Below, one piece after another: positions 43,807 to 52,735 of a stretch of 64,000 nucleotides of DNA. The position numbers were made by a program, and so were the translations under genes. Below the pieces are notes generated by a model that saw nothing but the letters and a program-made list of their open reading frames with translations, was not told the origin of the DNA and searched no databases. The DNA comes from an uncultured Bacteroidia bacterium (GTDB taxonomy: Bacteria; Bacteroidota; Bacteroidia; JAIBAJ01), in assembly GCA_965284645.1 (NCBI GenBank), contig OZ260106.1, positions 342,992 through 406,991 of the forward strand, read 5' to 3'. Every line of letters begins with the position of its first letter. Position 1 is the stretch's first letter.

Positions 43807-45849
43807 ATGAAATTGGAAAAAACTCTTGGACTAGCTGCGCTGTCGAGCTTGGTTCTTTTTTATTCGTTTACCCCAGACGGCAAAGACAAAAAAACCAACA
43901 AAGCCATTGATTTGGCAAACATGGATAAATCCGTTCGTCCTCAGGATGATTTCTACGAATTTGCCAATGGAGGATGGTTAAAAAACAACCCCGTTCCTTC
44001 TACAGAAAGCAAATGGGGAAGCTTTTCTGCCCTTTTAGAAGAAAACCAAACCCGACTAAAAGGCATCTTGGAAGAAAACACCCAAAAGGCCAATGCTCCC
44101 GGTTCAAACGGACAAAAAATCGGTGATTATTATTTCACCTATATGGATTCGGCTAAGAAAAATAAAGAAGGGGTTAAACCTCTTACCCGCTTTTTGCAAC
44201 AGGTAGAAGAAATTAAATCCAACGACCAACTGATGGCCTATTTCGCTACTACCCAAATGAAAGGGGTGAAAGGTCTTTGGTCTTTCTATGTTTATGCCGA
44301 CCCAAAAAGTTCCAGCGTAAATATTGCCCAAGCCAACCAAGGCGGATTGGGAATGCCCGATCGCGATTACTACCTTCGTAACGACCCAGATTCCAAATCA
44401 CTTCAAGAGAAATACAAACAACTTTTAGTGAAAGATTTTGAATTGCTAGGCGATTCCAAAGAAAAAGCCGTTGCCAATGCAGATAAGGTTTATAACCTAG
44501 AAGTAGAACTGGCAAAATCATCCATGACCAACGTAGAATTGCGTGACTTGGAAAAACAATACAACAAATGGAACCTTGCCGAACTTGATGCCAAATACCC
44601 AAACATTAAATTCTCCAACTACCTAAAAGCCATAGGCTTGGGCGGAGCAAAGGAAGTTATCATCGGACAGCCTGAATTCTTCCAAAAAGCCAACGATCTT
44701 TTAATTTCCCAAAGTTTAGACAATTGGAAAGCCTATTTGCGTTGGAATATTATCACTTCGTTTTCTGATCAATTGAGCGACGAAGTTGCCCAAGTAAATT
44801 TCGATTTCTATGGCACAGCACTTTCCGGACAAAAGAAAATGAAACCAAGATGGAAACGAGCCATTTCTGAAGTTGACCAAATGATGGGCGAAGCACTCGG
44901 ACAATTGTTCGTTGCTAAATATTTCCCAGAAGAGTCCAAAAAGAAAGTGGATGAAATGGTAAACAACCTTATCACTGCATACCGTGAACGTATCAATGGT
45001 TTGGATTGGATGAGCGCAGAAACAAAAGAAAAGGCTCAAAAGAAACTCAATACCATCATTAAAAAACTGGGATATCCTGACACTTGGAGAGATTATAGCA
45101 AACTGACTATTGGCCGCAATTCCCACTTTGAAAACTATGTAAATGCAGTGGAATTCGAAATCAGACATAACTACGAAAAACTGCCCAAACCAGTTGACAA
45201 AATGGAATGGTTGATGAGCCCTCCTACGGTAAATGCCTATTACAACCCAACTAGCAACGAAATTACATTTCCTGCAGGTATTATGCAGCCTCCTTTCTAC
45301 TTTTCCGGAGCAGACGATGCCGTAAACTATGCCGCTATTGGTGCCGTAATCGGACATGAATTGACCCATGGTTTTGACGACCAAGGTTCCCAATTTGATG
45401 AGGAAGGAAATATGAAAGATTGGTGGACAGCCTCTGATAAAGAGAAGTTTTTATCCAAAACCAAAATGGTGGTTGAACAATTCAACGGCTATGTAGCTAT
45501 CGACACCTTGCACATCAATGGTGAACTTACCTTGGGTGAAAACATTGCCGACTTAGGCGGTTTATCCATTTCTTACGCAGCATTCCAAAAAACAGCCCAA
45601 GCCAAAGAAGGCAAAGCCATCGATGGATTTACACCTAACCAACGCTTTTTCATTAGCTGGGCCCAAATCTGGAGAACCAATTTTACACCAGCTGCCATGA
45701 AAAAACAGGTGAATACCAATCCACACTCCCCAGGAAAATTCAGAGGCAATGGACCTTTGACCAACCTTCCGGAGTTTTATGAAGCCTTCGGTGTGAAAGA
45801 AGGTGATAAAATGTGGGTGGCACCTGAAAAACGCGCCAAAATCTGGTAA
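43807..45849 (+). CDS. M13-family zinc metalloendopeptidase (neprilysin/PepO-like), secreted
   Basis: 680 aa. Shows a signal or lipoprotein-like N-terminus, HExxH as VIGHELTHGFDDQG, a downstream E in ..GENIADLGG.. and the typical M13 C-terminus ..PEFYEAFGV..W. The length matches PepO. Confidence 0.85.
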   Translation: MKLEKTLGLAALSSLVLFYSFTPDGKDKKTNKAIDLANMDKSVRPQDDFYEFANGGWLKNNPVPSTESKWGSFSALLEENQTRLKGILEENTQKANAPGSNGQKIGDYYFTYMDSAKKNKEGVKPLTRFLQQVEEIKSNDQLMAYFATTQMKGVKGLWSFYVYADPKSSSVNIAQANQGGLGMPDRDYYLRNDPDSKSLQEKYKQLLVKDFELLGDSKEKAVANADKVYNLEVELAKSSMTNVELRDLEKQYNKWNLAELDAKYPNIKFSNYLKAIGLGGAKEVIIGQPEFFQKANDLLISQSLDNWKAYLRWNIITSFSDQLSDEVAQVNFDFYGTALSGQKKMKPRWKRAISEVDQMMGEALGQLFVAKYFPEESKKKVDEMVNNLITAYRERINGLDWMSAETKEKAQKKLNTIIKKLGYPDTWRDYSKLTIGRNSHFENYVNAVEFEIRHNYEKLPKPVDKMEWLMSPPTVNAYYNPTSNEITFPAGIMQPPFYFSGADDAVNYAAIGAVIGHELTHGFDDQGSQFDEEGNMKDWWTASDKEKFLSKTKMVVEQFNGYVAIDTLHINGELTLGENIADLGGLSISYAAFQKTAQAKEGKAIDGFTPNQRFFISWAQIWRTNFTPAAMKKQVNTNPHSPGKFRGNGPLTNLPEFYEAFGVKEGDKMWVAPEKRAKIW

Positions 45850-45867
45850 GCAAGCTATCCTTTCTAA

Positions 45868-45917
45868 AAAAACCCGAGTCTACCTCCAAACATGGTAAAC
45901 TCGGGTTTTTTATTTTG
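45868..45917 (+). terminator. Rho-independent terminator of the M13 peptidase gene
   Basis: AACCCGAGT-(20 nt)-ACTCGGGTT hairpin followed by TTTTTATTTT, about 20 bp after the stop. Confidence 0.6.
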
Positions 45918-45934
45918 GGAAAGGCTTGAATTTA

Positions 45935-46017
45935 ACCCAGAATCCGCATTAGAATTGCCTAACGATTTTGTAGTTTGAAGTAGTAAATTCTTCTATTGTA
46001 AATTTTAGGTTGAACCC
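45935..46017 (+). repeat. Miniature (about 85-bp) relative of the family-2/3 repeats
   Basis: AACCCAGAATCCGCATTAGAATTGCCTAACGATTTTGTAGTTTGAAGTAGTAAATTCTTCTATTGTAAATTTTAGGTTGAACCC. The ends resemble the shared TIR (AACCCAGA-T-CGCATTAGAA / ..TTAGGTTGAACCC). It sits immediately before a full family-2 copy. Confidence 0.55.
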
Positions 46018-46182
46018 AGATTACGCATTAGAAATGCATAAACGATTAACCAGTTGTAAATCAATTTGTATGGCCAAATTGATAACAACTGCTATCCCGA
46101 AATTTCTTCGGGAGGGGTAAACCCAACTAAATCAAGTAGTTCGGATTAATAAATCCTCCTATTGATTAATTTGGGTTGAAAT
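46012..46182 (+). repeat. Family-2 AT-rich about 170-bp MITE-like repeat
   Basis: It is near-identical to 23882-24046 and 52567-52735 (AACCCAGATTACGCATTAGAAATGCATAAACGATTAACCAGTTGTAAATCAATTTGTATGGCCAAATTGATAACAACTGCTATCCCGAAATTTCTTCGGGAGGGGTAAACCC...CCTCCTATTGATTAATTTGGGTT). Confidence 0.9.
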
Positions 46183-46237
46183 GAAAAACTTCTCTGCAAC
46201 CAGACATGGAAAACTGCAGCCCAATTTACAATTAAAA

Positions 46238-46475
46238 CCCAGGCACGGAGACCATCGGGCAACGATAGAGGCAGTGTAGCCCACAAGGCTGTGCAGGGCG
46301 GCACCATTTGGTAAAACCAGAACAAGGTGTAAAAGTTCATTTACAAAGAAAAAAAGGGAAATGGGTGAGGTGCCGCCCTGCACAGACTGAGGACTACCGC
46401 CGAAAGCGTGACCCGGCCGCCTGGCACACTCTTTTTTTCTTGGTACAATGGTTTTGGGCGGACGGGGGCCCGCCT
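46238..46475 (-). repeat. Family-1 GC-rich repeat, copy E (reverse orientation, about 240 bp, internal hairpin)
   Basis: The right end GGGGGCCCGCCTA is the reverse complement of TAGGCGGGCCCCC. It contains GGACTACCGCCGAAAGCGTGACCCGGCCGCC (cf. copy A GGACTAGCGCCGAAAGCCTGACCCGACGCC) and an internal inverted repeat CTGTGCAGGGCGGCACC / GGTGCCGCCCTGCACAG around an AT-rich loop. It ends about 15 bp before the S41 peptidase ORF boundary. Confidence 0.75.
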
Positions 46476-46490
46476 AAGCATCCCTCAACA

Positions 46491-48221
46491 CTATCCCTTC
46501 TTTTTTCCTTTGCTTTGGAAGTCTTTTACCTTGTCTTTTAATGGAGAATTGTCGGTTACGTCGCTTAATTTGCTTTTGTAAAGGCTAGGATTTTCCAATA
46601 TTTTTAGTGCTTCTTTGATTTCGGGATCGTCCTTTAACATGCTCTCTACCCGTCCTTTGCTGTAATAATACCGGCTCAGAATCTCGCTTTTTAGTAACTC
46701 GGTAATTTCAGTTCTGAAGAGCACCAAATCCTTTTCCTTATTGGGCGATAGCTTTTTCGAAATCTCTTCAAATTCCTTTTTGATACCTTCGAAGTACTTT
46801 TCCTTTTCGGCTGTTTCTTTCAAGACTTTCAAATCCAACTCACTTTGACTTTCGTAAGTAAAATCTTGCTTTTTGACAAAATCCGTAAACTGCTGGTACA
46901 ACTCGTCGGTAACCACAAAATCGCGGGGAGCAGGAACGGTTTTATGGTTTTGGCAATACAAGGTAGCAAAATCAAAAACAACGCTTTTGTCGATCAAAGC
47001 CTTTGAAATTTCGGAATAATACTCGGGCTCCAATTTCACATCAGGGGTAATTCCACCCCCATCGTACACTGGCCTTTTGTTTTTCAGGGTGTAAAAACGA
47101 GAAATAAGAGAATCGGGAATTTTACCCACGGAGCCATCTTCGTTGCGGTTTCCATAATCAATTGCTTGTATGCAGCGACCGCTTGGAATGTAATATTTGG
47201 CAGTGGTAACTTTGAGCTGGGTGTTGTAGCTTAATGGACGCGTAGTTTGCACCAATCCTTTGCCATAGGTGCGCTGCCCAACCACAACGGCCCTGTCTAA
47301 ATCTTGGAAAGTGCCCGATACAATTTCAGAGGCAGAAGCAGAACCGCTGTTGACCAAAACTACCAATGGAATTTCGGTGTCGATGGGATTTCCTTGGGTT
47401 TTGTAGGTGGCATTCCATTCCTGAACTTTTCCTTTGGTAAACACAACCGTTTGGCCTTTTTCAATAAACAGGTTGCATAAATTTACCGCCTCTTTAAGCA
47501 GTCCACCGGGATTGCCTCGAAGGTCGAGTACCAAGCCTTCCAGCTTATTCCCAGCTTTTAGCTGTTGATAGGCTTCTTTGATTTCGCCAGAGCAGTTGTC
47601 GGTAAAGGAGGTTAAATTGATATAACCCACTTTACTGTCGAGCATACCGGAATAAGGAACAGCTTTTACTTTAATTTCCTCCCGACTCACGTTAAAATTC
47701 AACTTTCCGCTTTGTCCGGGTCTTTCAACCGAAATTTTCACATCGGTACCGGGTTGGCCTTTTAATACGGAACTGATATCGTCGTAGGACCGGCCCTCCG
47801 TGCTTTTTCCATTCACCTCCAAAAGGATATCGCCGGCCTTTAATCCTGCTTTGGCAGCGGGTGAATTTTCGTAAGGCTCGGCAATAATTACTTTGTTGTC
47901 TTTGGCCCGAATAATGGCACCTATTCCACCATATTGTCCGGTGGTCATAAAACGGTAATCTTCAATATCGCTTTCGGCAATGAAATTGGTGTAGGGGTCT
48001 AAACCTTCCAACATGGCATCAATGCCGTTTTTCATCAAATCGCCAGCATTGGTTTCATCCACATAGTACAGGTTCAATTCCTTAAACAGAGTGGTGAAAA
48101 TGTCGAGGTTTTTAGAAATTTCGAAATATTGGTCGTCAATCTTGGCAGCCGAAATAAAAACAAGCGGCAAGGCTAAGGCGCCGAGCAACCAAATTTTGGT
48201 GTTGTAAAGGAATTTTTTCAT
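46491..48221 (-). CDS. S41-family C-terminal processing (tail-specific) peptidase
   Basis: Starts at Met11 (MKKFLYNTKIWLLGALALPLVFISAA signal). Shows a PDZ domain (GLKAGDILLEVNGKS), a catalytic Ser region LVVLVNSGSASASEIVSG and a Lys further downstream (..TYGKGLVQ). About 576 aa. Confidence 0.85.
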   Translation of the reverse strand: MKKFLYNTKIWLLGALALPLVFISAAKIDDQYFEISKNLDIFTTLFKELNLYYVDETNAGDLMKNGIDAMLEGLDPYTNFIAESDIEDYRFMTTGQYGGIGAIIRAKDNKVIIAEPYENSPAAKAGLKAGDILLEVNGKSTEGRSYDDISSVLKGQPGTDVKISVERPGQSGKLNFNVSREEIKVKAVPYSGMLDSKVGYINLTSFTDNCSGEIKEAYQQLKAGNKLEGLVLDLRGNPGGLLKEAVNLCNLFIEKGQTVVFTKGKVQEWNATYKTQGNPIDTEIPLVVLVNSGSASASEIVSGTFQDLDRAVVVGQRTYGKGLVQTTRPLSYNTQLKVTTAKYYIPSGRCIQAIDYGNRNEDGSVGKIPDSLISRFYTLKNKRPVYDGGGITPDVKLEPEYYSEISKALIDKSVVFDFATLYCQNHKTVPAPRDFVVTDELYQQFTDFVKKQDFTYESQSELDLKVLKETAEKEKYFEGIKKEFEEISKKLSPNKEKDLVLFRTEITELLKSEILSRYYYSKGRVESMLKDDPEIKEALKILENPSLYKSKLSDVTDNSPLKDKVKDFQSKGKKKG

Positions 48222-48593
48222 GCAATAGGATTCCGAATGGCGAAAATACAAATTATACCGATGGTATTGGAGAAATAGTCCAATTGTCCATTTAGAGAAT
48301 TAGCCTTAAAATGGCCGATAGTACAAGGGTATAATACCAATTTTAATTTATAAATAGTCCAAAGGCTATTTGTAAATTTAGATTGGTAAATGCCGAGGAT
48401 ACAGTATGTTAGTCCAACTTTTTCTAAAAAATGTGAGCCTAAAATTGGACTGTACATAATGTCCATTCGGTATAATTTCATTTTTCAATAACAAATCATT
48501 GGATAAACTGGGTTTTCTCTTTTTGTGAATTCGGTAAAGAGAACGGTAAAAACGAATGGTTTGGTGCCAAAACTTAAAAATTGACATATTTTA

Positions 48594-48776
48594 ACCCAGA
48601 TTACGCATTAGAAATCGTAATGAAGCTTTCAAATGCAATAAAGACGAGGGTTTCAGGTTAATTTTTGGGTGAAGGAATAGTAAACTATTTTGAAGTCAAA
48701 AATTGTTCTGAAATCCTTGTATTTGAAGCAGTTGAAAGCTGTAATAGATTTCTAATGCTGAATTTGGGTTTAACCC
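48594..48776 (+). repeat. Family-3 AT-rich about 183-bp MITE-like repeat (same TIR as family 2, different interior)
   Basis: AACCCAGATTACGCATTAGAAATCGTAATGAAGCTTTCAAATGCAATAAAGACGAGGGTTTCAGGTTAATTTTTGGGTGAAGGAATAGTAAACTATTTTGAAGTCAAAAATTGTTCTGAAATCCTTGTATTTGAAGCAGTTGAAAGCTGTAATAGATTTCTAATGCTGAATTTGGGTTTAACCC. Shows a perfect-ish TIR ATTTCTAATGC. It is about 96% identical to 52272-52455. Confidence 0.9.
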
Positions 48777-49002
48777 TACATCGCAAGTTGAAGCGAAGTA
48801 AAGAAGGGCAAATGGCTTGTCTCCGAACTTAGGCAAAGACCTATTTTCACCTTCCCAATTCCATGAAATTGCACTAGTCTTGAAACAAGGTTCAAAATTT
48901 CCAGCGAAGCTTTCAGATTTTTACCAAAGCATAAAATCCTAATCCCGCAACGTGAGCGGAAAATAGCTTCCATTTGCTACCCTTCTTTTCCCTAATCCGT
49001 CA

Positions 49003-50628
49003 TTAAAGGGCTACTTGGCACCTTTTCAGATCCAACATATTCAGTGGATTGTTGGAAAGCGATTTGACTCGTTTGTTCAGAAACCTTAAAGATTCATCAT
49101 AAAACAACACAACCATGGGTGCTTCAGCCAAAGCTAGACTGTCCATTTTTGAATACATGGCCTCTCTATTCGCCTCCGAAATGGTTTGCATACTTTGGTC
49201 ATACCAGGCATCAAAGGTGGCATTGGCATACAGGGTATAGTTTGGACCGTTGGGGGTAAAATTTTTAGAATAAAGCAAACTCAGGTAATTCTCGGCATCA
49301 GGATAATCGGCTACCCACGATTTACGGAAAAAGGGGGCCTGACCTTTCGCTACTATTTCTCCATGGGTGCCGGGTGGATTTACTTCCAAACTAGCTTTTA
49401 TTCCAATCGCCTCCAATTCATGTTGTATAAACTCGCATAAATCGGCATATTGGGCGGTAATAAACAGTTTAACCGGAACCGGATTTTTGAGATAACCCGA
49501 TTTTTCTAATAATTCCTTGGCCAATCGAGGATCATAGGTATAACCTTTCACCCTATTCTCTGCTGATTTGTACAATGAAGGTGGCACCAAGCCCTGCTCA
49601 CCCGGTATACCAATATTGTTGCGGAGGTAGTGGATCATTTTTCTTCTATCCAAGGCATAGTTGACGGCCTTACGGAAATTTGGGTTTGTAACCGGACTAT
49701 TAATCACCGCACTGGCCGTATCCGAAACCAAAAAGCCCAGGTACTCAGTGTTTAGAAAGGCCGATCGTTTGAGGTAGATTTTATCGGTCAATTCCTGCTT
49801 CAATTGTCCCGACCGGGTAAGTATGGCATCTTTGTAACTACCATCATCCAAGCCGTTTAGCATATCTGTACGTCCTTGTACAAAAGCCATAAACGAGGAT
49901 TGGGCATCGCTGATGAAACTCACCGAAACGGCATCCAAATACGGAAGGCGCAACCCTTTTTCATCGAGCTCAAAATAATGGGGATTTTTGTGCACCACCA
50001 GTTTAATACCTTCTTTCCAAATAAAAAATTGGAATGGTCCTGTTCCTACTGGGTGCATCCTGAAATCATTTCCATACATTTCAATAGCCTCATGCGGAAC
50101 CACGGAGCAATAGTGCATGGCCAACATCCCCAAAAAAGGAGGAAAGGCCTGCTTCAAACTAATCACCAGTTCGGTGTCAGAAACAGCCTTAAATGCATCT
50201 TCAGAAGGTTGGGAAACATTGGCAAAAACCCATTTCCCGGGCGAGGCAACCTGGGCATCTAAAATCCGACGGAAGGAATACACAAAATCCTGGGCAACAA
50301 CAGTTCGGGAGCTGTCTTTACCAAAGCAAGGATCTACATGAAAGCGAACATCCTTTCTCAAAAAGAAACGGTAGGTTTTTCCATCTGCACTGATGGTCCA
50401 GCGCTTGGCAATGGCCGCTTGTATGTTTAATTGACTATCCAATTGCACCAGCCCGTTAAACAACAGGTTAATTCCCCAGGTATTGGACATGCTTCGGGCA
50501 AAAGCCGGATCCAAGGAGGTTATTCCTTTGGGTTCGTTATACCGAAATATTTTCTTATCGGCATGGGTTTTCCTTTCCCCGCAGGAAATCAAAAAAAGCA
50601 ATCCGGTAAGCAAGATTAATGCACGCAT
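49003..50628 (-). CDS. ABC-transporter substrate-binding lipoprotein, family 5 (peptide/nickel-binding, OppA/DppA-like); no cognate permease genes nearby
   Basis: 541 aa. Has a lipoprotein signal (LLFLISCGERK) and family-5 SBP features (..YNEPKGITSLDPA.., ..GTGPFQF.., ..W.ADYPD..). Confidence 0.75.
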   Translation of the reverse strand: MRALILLTGLLFLISCGERKTHADKKIFRYNEPKGITSLDPAFARSMSNTWGINLLFNGLVQLDSQLNIQAAIAKRWTISADGKTYRFFLRKDVRFHVDPCFGKDSSRTVVAQDFVYSFRRILDAQVASPGKWVFANVSQPSEDAFKAVSDTELVISLKQAFPPFLGMLAMHYCSVVPHEAIEMYGNDFRMHPVGTGPFQFFIWKEGIKLVVHKNPHYFELDEKGLRLPYLDAVSVSFISDAQSSFMAFVQGRTDMLNGLDDGSYKDAILTRSGQLKQELTDKIYLKRSAFLNTEYLGFLVSDTASAVINSPVTNPNFRKAVNYALDRRKMIHYLRNNIGIPGEQGLVPPSLYKSAENRVKGYTYDPRLAKELLEKSGYLKNPVPVKLFITAQYADLCEFIQHELEAIGIKASLEVNPPGTHGEIVAKGQAPFFRKSWVADYPDAENYLSLLYSKNFTPNGPNYTLYANATFDAWYDQSMQTISEANREAMYSKMDSLALAEAPMVVLFYDESLRFLNKRVKSLSNNPLNMLDLKRCQVAL

Positions 50629-50702
50629 CGCGACAAAAATACAGGGAAGTCCCTACCTTTGTTCACTAAGATTCATCAACTAATGAGGTCTTTTTTCAAC
50701 TA

Positions 50703-52100
50703 TTGCTTATGCGCCTACTTTTAATTGCTTCCCTTTGTTTTTGTTTCGAAACGGTTTTTTCCCAGGTTTACGATTCGCAAAATGTAAATCTGTTGGGGCA
50801 TTGGGACGATTCCACGGTTGTTCCTGAACCCCAGCTGGGTATTCGTTACAATGGCTGTTTTGGCTGGGAAAACCCCAACGATGGCCGCCGCTATGCCATC
50901 ATAGGCTCCTCTCGCTCCACCCATGTTATCGAGGTTACCAACCCCAATCAGCCTGTTTTTCGTTGGGAAATAATTGGTTCCCGCATCAATTGCATTTGGC
51001 GCGAAATCAAAACCTTTGGCAAATATGTGTATATCGTTAGCGACGATGGCTATCCCAACCGCTTTCAAATTGCCGATTTAAGCTATTTACCCGATTCGGT
51101 TCATTTGGTAATGGATTCGGATAGCATTTTCGCCCGCACCCATACCATTTTCATTGATGGCAACAAACTTTACTGCGCCAGTGTACATTCAGCTGGGCAA
51201 AATGGTAGCTATTCGGCCATGAATGTGTATTCCTTGGCCAATCCCGAAAAACCACTTTTGCTGCGCCGTTTGGATCAAGACTATCAATCTATCAGCCAAG
51301 TCCACGATATGTGGGTACGCAACGACACCATTTTTGCTTCCTCTGCTTATCAAGGCCTAAGTATACTCACTTTTGATACAATTCAAAACAGGTTCAACCT
51401 AGTCTCTACCCTAACCGTTTACGACAATGCGGGCTACAACCACAGCAGCACTTGGTCGAAAGATGGAAAAACCCTGGTAATGATGGACGAGGTTCCGAAT
51501 AGTTTGCCTGCCAAGGTGGTCAATGTGTCGGATATCACTCAACCCTACGTTACCGCCTATTTTAACAGTTCCGATTCTACTACACCCCACAACCCTTATT
51601 TCATTGGCGATTCGAAAATTTTTGTAGGCGCACACTACGAAGATGGCACCCAGATTTACGATGTATCCAACGAAAACAATCCGGTTCGTCTCGGCTATTT
51701 CGATACACATTGGCAAACCACGCCCGCAACTAATACAGGCGATTACCGCGGCAATTGGGGTTCCTATGTGGATTTCGGTGGCGGATTGGTTATCTCCGGC
51801 GATATGCAAAACGGCCTGTTTGTCCTGGATATTAGTCCCAGTTTAACCGGTATCGAACAGCGCATTCCCCAGCAGGCAAAGGTGTGGCCCCTCCCTTCCA
51901 AATCCCTGGTTTTCATTGATCCGGTATTGGCACAAACCTGCACAACTTGGACCTTGGAAAATACGTTCGGACAGGTGGTTAAATCGGGACAATTTATTAG
52001 CAATCAAGGACTTACTATTCAAGAATTGGCCAGTGGATTTTATCATCTATCTATTCGCACGGCTAGTCAAGAGTACGTTCTGAAGGTGGTCAAAGAATAG
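50703..52100 (+). CDS. Choice-of-anchor-B (LVIVD-repeat beta-propeller-like) protein with T9SS C-terminal sorting domain
   Basis: 465 aa. Has a signal peptide and the N-terminal YDSQNVNLLGHWDD... plus repeated beta-propeller-like blades. The C-terminal about 80 aa (VWPLPSKSLVFIDPVL....GFYHLSIRTASQEYVLKVVKE) is T9SS CTD-like. Confidence 0.65.
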   Translation: MLMRLLLIASLCFCFETVFSQVYDSQNVNLLGHWDDSTVVPEPQLGIRYNGCFGWENPNDGRRYAIIGSSRSTHVIEVTNPNQPVFRWEIIGSRINCIWREIKTFGKYVYIVSDDGYPNRFQIADLSYLPDSVHLVMDSDSIFARTHTIFIDGNKLYCASVHSAGQNGSYSAMNVYSLANPEKPLLLRRLDQDYQSISQVHDMWVRNDTIFASSAYQGLSILTFDTIQNRFNLVSTLTVYDNAGYNHSSTWSKDGKTLVMMDEVPNSLPAKVVNVSDITQPYVTAYFNSSDSTTPHNPYFIGDSKIFVGAHYEDGTQIYDVSNENNPVRLGYFDTHWQTTPATNTGDYRGNWGSYVDFGGGLVISGDMQNGLFVLDISPSLTGIEQRIPQQAKVWPLPSKSLVFIDPVLAQTCTTWTLENTFGQVVKSGQFISNQGLTIQELASGFYHLSIRTASQEYVLKVVKE

Positions 52101-52270
52101 TTTATTTTGGCGGGCCCCCAACCGCAAATACCGCTTCCTACGTCTATTATAGTTGGTGCATGGCGGTTGGGTCAGGCTTTCGGCGCTAGTCCTCGGTCTG
52201 CTCCGTTCCTCCGCATCCCTGTGGGCTAGACTGCCTCTATCCTTGCCCGAAGGCCTCCGTGCCCGGCTTT
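52101..52270 (+). repeat. Family-1 GC-rich repeat, short copy F (about 170 bp)
   Basis: TTTTGGCGGGCCCCCAACCGCAAATACCGC...GGCGGTTGGGTCAGGCTTTCGGCGCTAGTCCTCGGTCTGCTCCGTTCCTCCGCATCCCTGTGGGCTAGACTGCCTCTATCCTTGCCCGAAGGCC... It starts exactly at the stop of the upstream gene and is the reverse complement of copy A's right arm. Confidence 0.85.
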
Positions 52271-52271
52271 T

Positions 52272-52455
52272 AACCCAGATTACGCATTAGAAATCGTAAT
52301 GAAGCTTTCAAATGCAATAAAGACGAGGGTTTCAGGTTAATTTTTGGGTGAAGGAATAGTAAACTATTTTGAATGCAAAAATTGTTTTTAAATCCTTGTA
52401 TTTGAAGCAGTTGGAAGCTGTAATAGATTTCTAATGCTGAATCTGGGTTTAACGG
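52272..52455 (+). repeat. Family-3 AT-rich repeat
   Basis: AACCCAGATTACGCATTAGAAATCGTAATGAAGC...ATTTCTAATGCTGAATCTGGGTTTAAC. It is a near-identical copy of 48594-48776 and directly abuts family-1 copy F. Confidence 0.9.
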
Positions 52456-52527
52456 TATATTGAGCAGGTGCTTTCCATGTCCGGTTGTAGAATAATTTTT
52501 TCCTATACCCTAAATAAATCAGCTAGG

Positions 52528-52570
52528 AAAAATTGAATAATCCGAACTACTTGAATGGCTTGGTTTAAAC
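52528..52570 (-). repeat. Fragment of a family-2 repeat (reverse orientation)
   Basis: AATAATCCGAACTACTTGA...GGTTTAAACCC is the reverse complement of the TCAAGTAGTTCGGATTATT segment of family 2. It joins the next full copy at AAACCC. Confidence 0.45.
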
Positions 52571-52735
52571 CCAAATTAAGCATTAGAAATGCATAAACGA
52601 TTAACCAGTTGTAAATCAATTTGTATGGCCAAATTGATAACAACTGCTATCCCGAAATTTCTTCGGGAGGGGTAAACCCAACTAAATCAAGTAGTTCGGA
52701 TTAATAAATCCTCCTATTGATTAATTTGGGTTAAA
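52567..52735 (+). repeat. Family-2 AT-rich repeat, ending inside or at the stop codon of the giant adhesin gene
   Basis: AACCCAAATTAAGCATTAGAAATGCATAAACGATTAACCAGTTGTAAATCAATTTGTATGGCCAAATTGATAACAACTGCTATCCCGAAATTTCTTCGGGAGGGGTAAACCC...CCTCCTATTGATTAATTTGGGTTAAAG. The element's last bases overlap the TAA of the 52731..>64000 gene. Confidence 0.9.

Noticed and set aside
46100-46182. tRNA-like T-arm motif (AGTTCGGATTAATAAATCC) in family-2 repeats, suggesting a tRNA-derived SINE or tRNA gene
   Set aside because: There is no acceptor stem, D-arm or anticodon arm in a tRNA arrangement. The resemblance is limited to a GTTCGGATT pentamer context. No tRNA or rRNA gene was found anywhere in the window.
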